A DNA stretch of 64,000 nucleotides. Source: an uncultured virus (IMG/VR IMGVR_UViG_3300021399_000104) (lineage: Duplodnaviria; Heunggongvirae; Uroviricota; Caudoviricetes). This document shows, piece by piece, positions 49,604 through 59,275 of this stretch (the first letter of the stretch is position 1; every line of letters begins with the position of its first letter). The DNA is taken from IMG/VR virus record IMGVR_UViG_3300021399_000104. One strand, written 5' to 3'. Both the position numbers and the translations under genes were made by a program. Below the pieces are notes generated by a model, which was not told where the DNA came from, searched no databases, and saw only the letters and a list, made by a program, of their open reading frames with translations.

Positions 49604-50830
49604 TTACGACAAACATAAAATGTGTGGATGAACTACAACACCCAGTACACCATCTGCAAAAGCATTTGGCTTACATTTACGAAGAATATTATAGGAGCCA
49701 TTAACATCAGCATTTATTAACACTCCAGTGGAAGACTTATATAGTCCTCTCTTTATTCTTTTTCCAAGATAAGAGTCATGTTCCTTTATTTCTTCCATAT
49801 CCAAGAAACTGCACTTACTTGTATATTCTTCTGAAACAATTTCAACAGAAATTCCTTCCATTTCACATTTATAAGTTAACATACGAATAAGCTTGTAATG
49901 TGGAATAGATACAAAATTCTGATTATTAACTTTTCCGATATTAGTGTCTTGTTTCCATCCCTTGTTATTGCCTATTATCAGGGTATTTATATTCTCAGAA
50001 ACTAGGTGATTCACTATATATCTACTTGCTTTATGAAAATAATCGTTTATCTTAAATTCCCTCTTTCTACATAGTCTTCTAATTCTTTTTGTTGTTTTAA
50101 AAGGCTTATCCTGAGGTATTCCAGATCTAAGGTAAGCGTTTCTTTTGTTATAGTAGTGGTTAATTGATTTGACTTTTTTGCCACTAATTACAAAGGGAAC
50201 ATTACCTACTATATTGGTTGTTATGGTCGCCAAGTTATTTACTCCCAGATCAATAGAAGCATATCTATTATTATCTGCCTTCTTCATTGGATCTGGCCTA
50301 GTATATATAACTTCAACAACGATATAACCAACTCTAGGAACTATTCGCACTTGATTTATATTAGTCCTATCTATTTTAGCCTTCAATTTGATTTTAATAC
50401 CTTTAACTTTTGATAAAACGATATATCCCTTATCTAACCAAATTTTACTTATAACATTATTAGCATAAATTGCGGGAAATCTACCTTTTTCTGTATCTAG
50501 GTATTTTGGTAATTTAGGTCTTCCTTTATATTTACTTGGATTTTTCTTATAATCCGCAAGTAAGGCAAAGAAAGACTTAAAATTCTGATCTACCACTCTC
50601 ATAGTCTGTTGAGAAACCGCAGATGGAATGGCATAATAATCATATTGTTCTTCTTCTTGAAATTTTTTAACAAGGCTAAAATAAGATAAGTATTTTCCAT
50701 TTTTGGTAAACTCTTGGCGAATATGATATAAAGTAACATTATATACATTCTTAGATTTGTAACATAGTTCATCAAGAATTCTATATTCCTTGCTACTTTC
50801 TTTTATTACATGTTTTTCTACTAATCTCAT
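49604..50830 (-). CDS. tnpB: RNA-guided endonuclease TnpB
   Basis: SIDLGVNNLA (RuvC-I), EEYTSKCSFLD, INADVNGSYNILRK (RuvC-III). Confidence 0.92.
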   Translation of the reverse strand: MRLVEKHVIKESSKEYRILDELCYKSKNVYNVTLYHIRQEFTKNGKYLSYFSLVKKFQEEEQYDYYAIPSAVSQQTMRVVDQNFKSFFALLADYKKNPSKYKGRPKLPKYLDTEKGRFPAIYANNVISKIWLDKGYIVLSKVKGIKIKLKAKIDRTNINQVRIVPRVGYIVVEVIYTRPDPMKKADNNRYASIDLGVNNLATITTNIVGNVPFVISGKKVKSINHYYNKRNAYLRSGIPQDKPFKTTKRIRRLCRKREFKINDYFHKASRYIVNHLVSENINTLIIGNNKGWKQDTNIGKVNNQNFVSIPHYKLIRMLTYKCEMEGISVEIVSEEYTSKCSFLDMEEIKEHDSYLGKRIKRGLYKSSTGVLINADVNGSYNILRKCKPNAFADGVLGVVVHPHILCLS

Positions 50831-50833
50831 TTT

Positions 50834-51403
50834 TTATTTCTTCTCCATTTCTTTAATTAGTTTTTCAGTCATTCGTTTAGTCCTTCTCTTTCCATACAAA
50901 CGAGCACAGAAAGAAGTAATTATAGAAACGAAATCCTGCATTAAATCATCCCGTTCGTCTTCCATTATATTTACAATCTCTATAGATCTTTTTTGAAGTT
51001 CTAGGAGCTTTTGTATATAATTAAGACCAAAACGAGTTAACCTATCCTTATGCTCTACTACTATTACATCAATACAGTTATCTAGTAATAGTTTTTCAAG
51101 TTTAGGTCTAGAATCATTTAAACCCGAGCCTATTTCTTTTACTACCCTAGATACTTTATAACCTTTAGCATTACAGTAGGAGATAAGTCGATCTACTTGA
51201 GACTCTAGGTTACTCTTATTTTCTGAACTTGATACTCTAGCATAAATGGCATAGGTTTTATCTTTCTTTTCATCTGTCTCTAATATCCAGATGTGACCAG
51301 TAAGATCTTTTTCATATTTTACCTTACCTTGCTTAATCCAATTCCAAATCGTTCTATAAGTAACCCCTTGGATCTTGGCATACTTAGAAATCTTATATCT
51401 CAT
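50834..51403 (-). CDS. tnpA: IS607 transposase TnpA (MerR-like HTH plus serine recombinase)
   Basis: GVTYRTIWNW HTH; IYARVSS, EIGSGLND.R, EHKDRLTRFG, SFCARLYG. Confidence 0.95.
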   Translation of the reverse strand: MRYKISKYAKIQGVTYRTIWNWIKQGKVKYEKDLTGHIWILETDEKKDKTYAIYARVSSSENKSNLESQVDRLISYCNAKGYKVSRVVKEIGSGLNDSRPKLEKLLLDNCIDVIVVEHKDRLTRFGLNYIQKLLELQKRSIEIVNIMEDERDDLMQDFVSIITSFCARLYGKRRTKRMTEKLIKEMEKK

Positions 51404-51772
51404 AATTCTAATAATTTTAATTAAATTCACCTATAAGAAATCAAGTACCATCCTAAGCGCGTTTTGTTTATTTTGGAGATAAAAAATAAGGAAGAAAGTC
51501 TATAATTCTTCCTTTTATTATTAAATATTTTATAAGTCTATTTAATAATCCAAAAAAGAAAAAAGAAGCAATACATGATATGATTAGCACGGTAGTTCTT
51601 GCATGATAATTATGAAATAGAAGTAACCAATGCTATTAGCTTCATGTATTGCTTTAACTATATGAATGAGTCTAATGATTTGAGCGGTAAAATAGTGCAT
51701 AATTCCCTTAGTATAATAGAAGTAACCAACTCAATTAGCTTGACTCATCCATATATTAGGAATTGGGGCCTT

Positions 51773-52684
51773 CTAAATTACCTTATCAAAAACAATACTC
51801 ATGAACTGTTCTTTTGATAATGTACCACCGGCTGCGCCATCATGACCCCCGCCTCCACATAAATCTTTCAAGTATTTGCCACATGAAAACTCTGGACACT
51901 TCTCTGGACTCTTATACATACCAATCCCAAACCTCTGACCCTGATCTTTTGGACTAACTACAATACAGAGATCATATTTGTCTATGACTGATTCAAAAGA
52001 GTTAGACGAAAACATGGGAGAGATGATGCAAATTGCTGAATACTTACCATCAACAGTCACAGGGAAAGCACTATTACTCATCCATCCTGACCATTGATTT
52101 TTGAGAAACTGGAGAATAACTTGACCTTCTTCAATTACATCATAGTAGGCATCCTCACTTGTCAATACATCCCAATCTTTGTCAATCTCCTTTAGGTTAA
52201 CTGAATATCTACCCTTCAATCCAAACTGTAAGGGCAAGACATCATCATCCCAATTGAATCGATCCTTGTTCCAAACGTCATATGCTCCCGCTAATTGAAC
52301 TATACTTGGACACTCTTTCTTTGGGTTGAAAAATTCCCAAGTTAATTCACAAGCGGCAGTCCCATTTCGACGAAGACCTGGAATATCTGAATAACCACTC
52401 CTCTCACTGTCTTCAATCGCTGTTATATGATGATCAATCCAAATAACCCGACTACTACTACGCAAATACTGCATATACTCTGTTGGAAATGAAATGTCAA
52501 CCATACAAATTACTGCATTATCCCTCAGCAATTCCTCTAAGTTAGGCATCTCTTGACCATAATTGTAACCTAAGAGACGAACATTAATACCATGACTCTC
52601 GTACGCTCTCTTTGCAACTAAGGCAGAAAAGATACCATCATAGTCTACTCTGTGATAAACTACTAAATAATTCTTGTTACTCAT
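51773..52684 (-). CDS. DHH/DHHA1 family phosphoesterase
   Basis: YHRVDYDG, MVDISF, WIDHH, GGGGHDGAAG. Confidence 0.88.
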   Translation of the reverse strand: MSNKNYLVVYHRVDYDGIFSALVAKRAYESHGINVRLLGYNYGQEMPNLEELLRDNAVICMVDISFPTEYMQYLRSSSRVIWIDHHITAIEDSERSGYSDIPGLRRNGTAACELTWEFFNPKKECPSIVQLAGAYDVWNKDRFNWDDDVLPLQFGLKGRYSVNLKEIDKDWDVLTSEDAYYDVIEEGQVILQFLKNQWSGWMSNSAFPVTVDGKYSAICIISPMFSSNSFESVIDKYDLCIVVSPKDQGQRFGIGMYKSPEKCPEFSCGKYLKDLCGGGGHDGAAGGTLSKEQFMSIVFDKVI

Positions 52685-53426
52685 TAATATATATGTTTAA
52701 TAAATTTTGAATATCATGCCAAAAACGTACCTCATTAAGGACAGCTACTTCCCTGAAATTGGAGTCCTTTAATGAAACACGCCATAAACCCTCCTGAATC
52801 ATAACTAAATCAAGAGTCCAAAATCGATCATCCTGCTCCTCTATCAGTCTAGTCCAATCTTTTACCCGACCATTACTGTCTGATAGAATATTTCGCTCGG
52901 TAAAACCTTGAGACTTAAGATGTGCGGGAGTAATTAATACACCATCAAAACCCGCCGCAGATGATATAGTCTCAGTACCATCCCGAGCAACAAATAAATA
53001 AGAACCATCACGTCTTACTTCTTCAATAGTACCCTCTACCGTTTTATTGTAGATGACACTGTTTCCTTTACTGTACTTCATCTCTTTTTGTTTTTTTATT
53101 TTGTTCATATATAAGAGTTCTGTCGGTAATTTAATCTCATTTATCGCACCAGAGCCATTTAACCCAATCCTTACTGTAACAGGCCTAAATTCAGAAAACG
53201 ATATCCACCACGACGTTAAAATAAAATTGTCTTGATGATAAAACTCTGAATAAACCCAAAAACTTAATGGCTGGCCGTGATAAGGAACAAATAACCAACA
53301 CCAATTATTCTGATCGAGAAAATATAAACTTAACGACGATATGATAAAGGGAGATAAAACTAAAGAATTATCCCGACCTATCTCCTTCGCTAAACCTATT
53401 ACTCTCTTTACATTATATATCTTCAT
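52677..53426 (-). CDS. hypothetical protein, probably two genes in one frame (second start ~53108 or 53081)
   Basis: MKIYNVKR family N-terminus; internal CTCTTATATATGA promoter motif at ~53105-53117. Confidence 0.55.
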   Translation of the reverse strand: MKIYNVKRVIGLAKEIGRDNSLVLSPFIISSLSLYFLDQNNWCWLFVPYHGQPLSFWVYSEFYHQDNFILTSWWISFSEFRPVTVRIGLNGSGAINEIKLPTELLYMNKIKKQKEMKYSKGNSVIYNKTVEGTIEEVRRDGSYLFVARDGTETISSAAGFDGVLITPAHLKSQGFTERNILSDSNGRVKDWTRLIEEQDDRFWTLDLVMIQEGLWRVSLKDSNFREVAVLNEVRFWHDIQNLLNIYINE

Positions 53427-53432
53427 TATAGA

Positions 53433-53564
53433 TTATCTAAAAAAGTAATGTTCCAATAAAGGCAAAACAAAAGTCAATAAGAGAAACATCAATAATAAAA
53501 GAATATAAACATTAACCCTTCGAATAGCCTGCCACATCAATCTACCTAAACCTAAAATCTTCAT
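53433..53564 (-). CDS. 43 aa hydrophobic protein (not in the ORF track)
   Basis: ATGA overlap with 53561; MKILGLGRLMWQAIRRVNVYILLLLMFLLLTFVLPLLEHYFFR. Confidence 0.45.
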   Translation of the reverse strand: MKILGLGRLMWQAIRRVNVYILLLLMFLLLTFVLPLLEHYFFR

Positions 53565-53923
53565 AGCGTTACCAATACTTTAAAGCTGTTATAATTAATA
53601 TAAATTTCACAAGGGTTGAAGTAAGAAGGATAAATTAGAATGTATATGTTATCTAAGTATCCAAAGTGGGTGTGATAACTAAGGGACTGATTCTCCCTAT
53701 CTAACATAACCTTACCTCCCAAACCTTTCACTTCAAAAAAATATGATCCATTTGCCTTAAGATAAATAATTTTTCTCTCTGACTTATTGTAAACGTAACA
53801 AGCAAAGATTAGAAAAGATGCAAAGGGAATAGGTAGAATGTCGGCTAGATCAGAATTTTGATAACCTCTATTTACTAAGATCTCATTAATCCTCTTTACC
53901 TGATTAACTTGCTTTATTTTCAT
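53561..53923 (-). CDS. MKIKQV family paralog 3
   Basis: MKIKQVNQVKRINEILVNRGYQNS identical to 53920-54270. Confidence 0.75.
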   Translation of the reverse strand: MKIKQVNQVKRINEILVNRGYQNSDLADILPIPFASFLIFACYVYNKSERKIIYLKANGSYFFEVKGLGGKVMLDRENQSLSYHTHFGYLDNIYILIYPSYFNPCEIYINYNSFKVLVTL

Positions 53924-54270
53924 AGATTTACCAAGAATTTATAGTTACTGTTACAAATATAAATGCTACGAAAATTCAAGTAAAACGGATATATTAATAT
54001 GTATTCAACGTTGGTGCAGTAGTAACTAAGAGACATGTTACTCTTGTTTAATTTAATCTTACCACTTAAACCGGTTATCACAAAAAAGTTTAGGTTATTT
54101 TCCCCAAGATAGATAATTTTCCCCTTGGTCTTGTTGTAAGTATGACAGGCAAATACTAGAAAAGCAGCAAAGTTAATTGGGAGGAGGGAGGCCAGGCCAG
54201 AATTTTGATAACCTCTATTTACTAAGATCTCATTAATCCTCTTTACCTGATTAACTTGCTTTATTTTCAT
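53920..54270 (-). CDS. MKIKQV family paralog 2
   Basis: tandem duplicate. Confidence 0.75.
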   Translation of the reverse strand: MKIKQVNQVKRINEILVNRGYQNSGLASLLPINFAAFLVFACHTYNKTKGKIIYLGENNLNFFVITGLSGKIKLNKSNMSLSYYCTNVEYILIYPFYLNFRSIYICNSNYKFLVNL

Positions 54271-54640
54271 AAAACCTTACCAATAAATTAAAGCTGCTAT
54301 GATGAAAATAAACATCATAAGGATAAGGGTAATAGGTATAGTGAGATGTTACTAGGACGTATGTGTTTTCCCCAGATTCAGAGGTAGTGTGGTAACTAAA
54401 AGACTTATTATCCTTATTTAACATAATTTTACCACTTAAACCCTTCACTATGAAAAATTCTAGTTTATTTGCTCTAAGATAAATAATCTTTCCCTCTGTC
54501 TTAATGTAAATGTAACACACTAACACCAAGAAAGAAGCAAAGTTAATTGGTAAAATGGATGCTAGATTAGATCTTAGATAACCCCCTTTTGTTAAGATCT
54601 CATTAATCCTCTTTACCTGATAAACTTGCTTTATTTTCAT
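54251..54640 (-). CDS. MKIKQV family paralog 1
   Basis: tandem duplicate. Confidence 0.75.
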   Translation of the reverse strand: MKIKQVYQVKRINEILTKGGYLRSNLASILPINFASFLVLVCYIYIKTEGKIIYLRANKLEFFIVKGLSGKIMLNKDNKSFSYHTTSESGENTYVLVTSHYTYYPYPYDVYFHHSSFNLLVRFYENKAS

Positions 54641-54953
54641 TTTCTAGATAACTCTTTTGAATAGTATAACAATAAGTCTTAGAGTTAAAAGTGTCAACAA
54701 CAAATAATTCTACTAAATCATCCTTCTTAACACTAACATAAACCTCTGTTGTACGACCTAAAACATAACTATATTGCTTGTTTCCTTGGTAATTGATTGA
54801 TAAAGGATAATTAAGCAGTCGAAGAAATAAGTATCTGTCATCTTGAGTACAGTGAAATAGGGCGATACAACCAATAACATTAGTCAAGAAATGACCTTGC
54901 TTTCGGAAATTTAATAAAACGATCTTCAGTCTCTTAATGTTATATAGTTTCAT
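54603..54953 (-). CDS. small protein, MKLYN-start family
   Basis: coupled ORF. Confidence 0.65.
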   Translation of the reverse strand: MKLYNIKRLKIVLLNFRKQGHFLTNVIGCIALFHCTQDDRYLFLRLLNYPLSINYQGNKQYSYVLGRTTEVYVSVKKDDLVELFVVDTFNSKTYCYTIQKSYLENENKASLSGKED

Positions 54954-55260
54954 AGTCTATCCACCAAGTAGTTTTCATTACAGAGGAGTAAATAAAACCG
55001 TTGGGATAAAAGCGATCATCACTTATTTCACTTTCCCACTTAGGATTGTAATGACTAATATAATATGAAAGGATAGACACAGAATTAGACAAATTACCAA
55101 TCATTAATAACTGAAACATCTTACGTCGGTTCTTAAAATTCTTAGCACAATAGACTAGTATTATTAGGTGCAGTTCTGGTATTTCCATTTTTCTGCTCTC
55201 TTCCTTTTCTCGTAATCTATCCCTTATTCTTATCATCTCTGCCAAAGTCTTAAATTTCAT
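54940..55260 (-). CDS. small protein, MKFK-start family
   Basis: coupled ORF. Confidence 0.65.
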   Translation of the reverse strand: MKFKTLAEMIRIRDRLREKEESRKMEIPELHLIILVYCAKNFKNRRKMFQLLMIGNLSNSVSILSYYISHYNPKWESEISDDRFYPNGFIYSSVMKTTWWIDYETI

Positions 55261-55628
55261 TTTTTAGGATATGGCAGATTAAACACTTTTTCACTGAACT
55301 CAAAGACCCCTGACTTAACCGATATGTGGATTTCATCACCTCGGCTCTCTGTTATGTAAATCGTGAGATAACAAAGAATAGAACCAACAACTTTAGTAAT
55401 CCAGCATCTATTAATTTTATCCCACTCTGGACCTAATGTTCTAAATTTCCCTGTAATCCCTCTCTCACTTAACTCCTCAAAATTAAGAGTGTCTTTGGTA
55501 AAGTAGAAAATGTGATAATTAAGGAGGCGAAGAATAATTAAACGCCATTTCTGACTTAAGCCCTCCGCCTCACTAAAACTTTCTATAATTTCTTTCCTTA
55601 ACTTCGAATTTAATCTTTTCATTCTCAA
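55257..55628 (-). CDS. small hypothetical protein
   Basis: coupled ORF. Confidence 0.6.
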   Translation of the reverse strand: MRMKRLNSKLRKEIIESFSEAEGLSQKWRLIILRLLNYHIFYFTKDTLNFEELSERGITGKFRTLGPEWDKINRCWITKVVGSILCYLTIYITESRGDEIHISVKSGVFEFSEKVFNLPYPKK

Positions 55629-55645
55629 TTATAAGGAAACTACTT

Positions 55646-57733
55646 CTACTTTTCTCCCAATATTATAAATCCGTGTTCTTTCCTGCCTGTTTCTTTATTT
55701 ATAATCAAACAAGGCTTAATATCAAACCATTCACCTAAACTAGATGCTTTAGCTGTTTTCTTGTAGTCTAAGTCTTCAAAAATCTCTCTTAATCTAGTCT
55801 TAATGTAATCTTTGGTATACCTCTGACCAACTTTGAAACAAGCTAACACTACTTCTTTAACCCTTGACTCTACGCCTTGATTAGACATGAGACGATTAAA
55901 TTCTTCTTCTAGGTGAGATCTTTGATAACTAAGAGCTTTACACCTCTCTGGACCTAAAACCGTAAAATAACACTTGAATTCTGGGTTGACAATTCTAGAA
56001 AGTAAATCCAACTTCTCCTCATAACTTATTTCAGTTAACTCGCAAATGTACTTAAGCTTTGATGGAAAATCCGGAATAGAATTGAATTTCTCTAAGTGAA
56101 GACAAAGACTATCATTTAAAGTGTCAGATACAGAGCTAACAGCAGACAAAACCGAAAATCTGTCCTTGTAATCCAGCGACTGTAATTCAAAGGTTCTTAA
56201 TTCGGAGATGTACATTAGGTTGTTGAAAACTGGAAATTTATTAGAGCCACCATGACTATTTATCGAGATATAATTGAGAGTATAGTTACTACTCTTGGCA
56301 ATATACTCATAAGATTCGACCAATGCATCATATTCATCCTTATCTACCTTCTTAATAGCTGATAAGAATTTATTCGACTTCTTAACCTTTTTTTCAATAA
56401 CTTTATCTATATTCTCCTTACTAAGTTCCTTTGATGTCTTGGTATATAAGGTGGCTTTGTTCTTCCATGGGTTCTCGTCTAATCTCTGTCTACCTAAAAT
56501 CTGCTCCAGGTCCATAGAAACATCAACGCCCAAACAATTTACATTCGGATCAGAGAAAATGAAAGTCTTAGCGTTGGTTGAATAAAAGTCAGCACCTAAG
56601 TAAACAGTCCTAGTGCAAAGTGTTATCTTCTTATGCTTCTCACCACGACCTGGAATAGAACCAATTACCTGAACACCACGTAAAAGCTTAGTATCCATCC
56701 CTAACTTAGTCATAACATCCCTGAACGCTCTCCTAATCGACTTCTCATTTGCCATAGTCTTAGCACATAGAACATTTACATCCTCAGGCAAAAGATCATT
56801 CCACTTGATAATCTGAGTAAGCGTGGTGACAGAGTTGAAAAACATAACACACTCTTTGGACAGAACCTCCTTATATTCACCCGTTTTAGGATCAACAAAC
56901 TTAAATGAATCATATTTCTCCTCTTTGTATCGTCTAACAATTCGATTCGCCATGGTAACTAAACCAACACTCTTACTCAAAAACTTGACATCCAATAAAG
57001 GTTTCTGAATTCTACCAGGCTCCTCAGTTTCCCAATCCAACTCATAATAAGGGAGATCTTTGAATTCATCCAACATGTCTAAGTACTTGTCTAGAATGGG
57101 AGTGGCCGATACATAACATACTTTCTGAAGACCAGCCAAACTGTTAAGCACTTCTATCTCTGTCGAAGCCTTAAACCTGGCATCACCCAATATGGCCTGA
57201 AACTCATCAACTACTATGTAAAATTCATCATTAAAACGATCAACTCCCATCACTTCCTCTAGTGTCTCACGAACATGCCTAAAAGAATCATAAGTAACCA
57301 GAATCTTACATGGACGCGGAGCAGCAGTTAAGCCAGAAGTGCAAGTACGATAATACTGCAATAAATGCTCTTTCTTCTCTAACCAGGCTGCATTAATGTC
57401 ACTTTTCTCCTTCTTTGTCATATCAGAACTAATGAAACATTCCTTTTTACTGATTTTATTCTTCGTAACGTCCTTCTCATAATCCAGAATCTGCTCCATC
57501 TCGTTCTTGAAATAATGGACTTCCGGATGCTGATCTTTCTTATTTTGCAACAATGCCCGACGAGGAGATAATAGGATGACGTTTAATGGATTCCGAAGAC
57601 AGTACTCAGTATAACCACAGCCGGTCACTACTTTGTTTAAAATGTGTGGAAATCTGAAATTCTCAAGACTATAACCCTTCCACTGGTCAATAAATCTTAC
57701 ATTCTTAGAAACAATTAACTTTTTCTTTTCCAT
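55646..57733 (-). CDS. SF2 helicase-like protein, paralog of 29849-31948
   Basis: VTGCGYT, VVDEFQ, YVSATP, TRTVYLGADFYSTNA, QILGRQRL.ENPWK; likely start MEKKKLIV. Confidence 0.78.
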   Translation of the reverse strand: MEKKKLIVSKNVRFIDQWKGYSLENFRFPHILNKVVTGCGYTEYCLRNPLNVILLSPRRALLQNKKDQHPEVHYFKNEMEQILDYEKDVTKNKISKKECFISSDMTKKEKSDINAAWLEKKEHLLQYYRTCTSGLTAAPRPCKILVTYDSFRHVRETLEEVMGVDRFNDEFYIVVDEFQAILGDARFKASTEIEVLNSLAGLQKVCYVSATPILDKYLDMLDEFKDLPYYELDWETEEPGRIQKPLLDVKFLSKSVGLVTMANRIVRRYKEEKYDSFKFVDPKTGEYKEVLSKECVMFFNSVTTLTQIIKWNDLLPEDVNVLCAKTMANEKSIRRAFRDVMTKLGMDTKLLRGVQVIGSIPGRGEKHKKITLCTRTVYLGADFYSTNAKTFIFSDPNVNCLGVDVSMDLEQILGRQRLDENPWKNKATLYTKTSKELSKENIDKVIEKKVKKSNKFLSAIKKVDKDEYDALVESYEYIAKSSNYTLNYISINSHGGSNKFPVFNNLMYISELRTFELQSLDYKDRFSVLSAVSSVSDTLNDSLCLHLEKFNSIPDFPSKLKYICELTEISYEEKLDLLSRIVNPEFKCYFTVLGPERCKALSYQRSHLEEEFNRLMSNQGVESRVKEVVLACFKVGQRYTKDYIKTRLREIFEDLDYKKTAKASSLGEWFDIKPCLIINKETGRKEHGFIILGEK

Positions 57734-57959
57734 AATTAAATTAATTAAGTTGAGTAATATCATAGAGGCCAAGCCATAAAGACTTAACCTCTATTCTAAA
57801 GTTTTGATCTAGATCACCTATAAAGAAAATGTCTCACAAAATGGCTAAAAAAGTGGAAAATAGGTTACTATTTAGGAGTTTTCCGACCTAAAATAACCAA
57901 AAAAGGGCTGTTTACAAAGAACCCCCTTATATGCCATCTTGATTCCCAAAAATGGTAAC

Positions 57960-58540
57960 TTTTATTGGGTCCTCATTCTTCCTCTATTCATTCCATTATC
58001 TCCCCTTATCATTCCACTACATTCATCTTTCATCTTTCATTCAGTCTCTTCTTTTCACTTTCACTTCAACCATCTCTCCTCACTTCGTTCGTCAAGAGGT
58101 TTTCGTTTCAGTTCAATCAGAGCCTTCATTTCAGATTTCAGATTCATTTCGTTTCATTTAGGGAGATAATTTCATTCATACGAGTCATTCGTCCAATCCA
58201 AGAAAGAGATATATTTATGGACTTCATTTCACTACATTCAAAGTCTTTCATTCCATTTCTTCCCTTCATTCTGTCTCCTCTCCTTCGCCAAGCTCAGTCG
58301 CGGAGCCATCATTACAGGAAGAAATTCCATTTAGCCTTTTCATTCCGTTTCATTTCGTTAAGCCATTATCCCTATCTTTCCTCATCGTTTCCCTGCCGGA
58401 GGCGTTCATCGTCTGGCAGAATCGTATGTGAGCCGTAGGGCGAAACTAGCTTTTGGGGTGGTTTGGATGACGATGAACCATATAGCATTAAGATAAGCCT
58501 CATCTCACCTCACGGCTCGCTTTCGCCTTATCTTACGCAC
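57960..58540 (-). other. structured non-coding element B (inverted homolog of element A)
   Basis: 54-bp block with 1 mismatch, plus 22-bp and 39-bp identical blocks, in the same order upstream of the helicase paralog. Confidence 0.7.
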
Positions 58541-58734
58541 AGTTTGGTTCAGTTCTATTCAGGTTCCGGAAGCTCCTAAATTTATTTTTTTTTTTGCGGG
58601 GAATTTTTCTATTGCAGACTCCACAGAAAAAATAAAAAGGGGAGAAAGTTGACGGCAAATGAACTTAGCCAGTGATATATAAATCACGCTTGTTCTCGCG
58701 GACCGTCTTATTCGATCTTTCTCCCCAGAGCCGG

Positions 58735-59031
58735 CTATTTCGCTGCGGGCTCTCCTTTCTTGTCAGCAGGTTTTGCTTCCTGTTCCTGTACCTGCTGCAT
58801 GATGACTTCCTGTGCTTGCTGGAAGCCTTTCTTAATCTTCTTGCCGACCCAAACGCCGCCGACAATCAGTGCTGTTGTGCCAGCGGCAATGCCGCCCCAC
58901 ATTCCAACTTTTTTCCAGTTTACGGACGATTTCTTGTCCTCTTCTGGATTGTTGTTGTCTACTTCGGGAGCCTGCTGTGGCTCCCCGTAAGATGTCTCAT
59001 TGAATCGAGACTTAAGAATACTCTTTTTCAT
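58735..59031 (-). CDS. single-TM protein
   Basis: VGMWGGIAAGTTALIVGGVWVG flanked by basic residues. Confidence 0.7.
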   Translation of the reverse strand: MKKSILKSRFNETSYGEPQQAPEVDNNNPEEDKKSSVNWKKVGMWGGIAAGTTALIVGGVWVGKKIKKGFQQAQEVIMQQVQEQEAKPADKKGEPAAK

Positions 59032-59204
59032 AAGTTTTCTCCTTTTTTATTTGTTAAACATTTAGTTAAAAAATTTGCAACGAATAAAAATTAAATCCAC
59101 ACTACAAAATGTAATGTGGTTATTCTTCATCATATATAAGGCATTTACCACCTTTTCAAGCGGTAATTTTGCTTCGAATAAATTTAATAGAAGTTTTATC
59201 TTCT

Positions 59205-59275
59205 AGAGAGCACAGGAGATTGAGTCCTGATCTCATTTTAATTTAAATGTGTGTTTACCCTTACACCATACTCTC
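59205..59275 (-). ncRNA. degenerate tRNA-like cloverleaf (pseudo-tRNA or tRNA mimic)
   Basis: GAGAGTA/TGCTCTC, GTGT/ACAC, CATTT/AAATG and CAGGA/TCCTG stems at tRNA spacing; non-canonical anticodon loop (6 nt) and T loop. Confidence 0.6.

Larger units (their letters stand above)
49568..51420 (-). mobile_element. IS607-family insertion sequence (ends approximate)
   Basis: serine-recombinase tnpA followed by tnpB. Confidence 0.85.

Noticed and set aside
57939..58438. Phe/Ser/His-rich ORFs in element B
   Set aside because: Products of TTCATTTC-type repeats in all three frames, not protein-like.
29143..58538. Terminal inverted repeats of a 29 kb transposon or invertible segment
   Set aside because: Homology is patchy and extends into two diverged helicase paralogs, which fits a duplicated module better. 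Inversion by recombination cannot be excluded.
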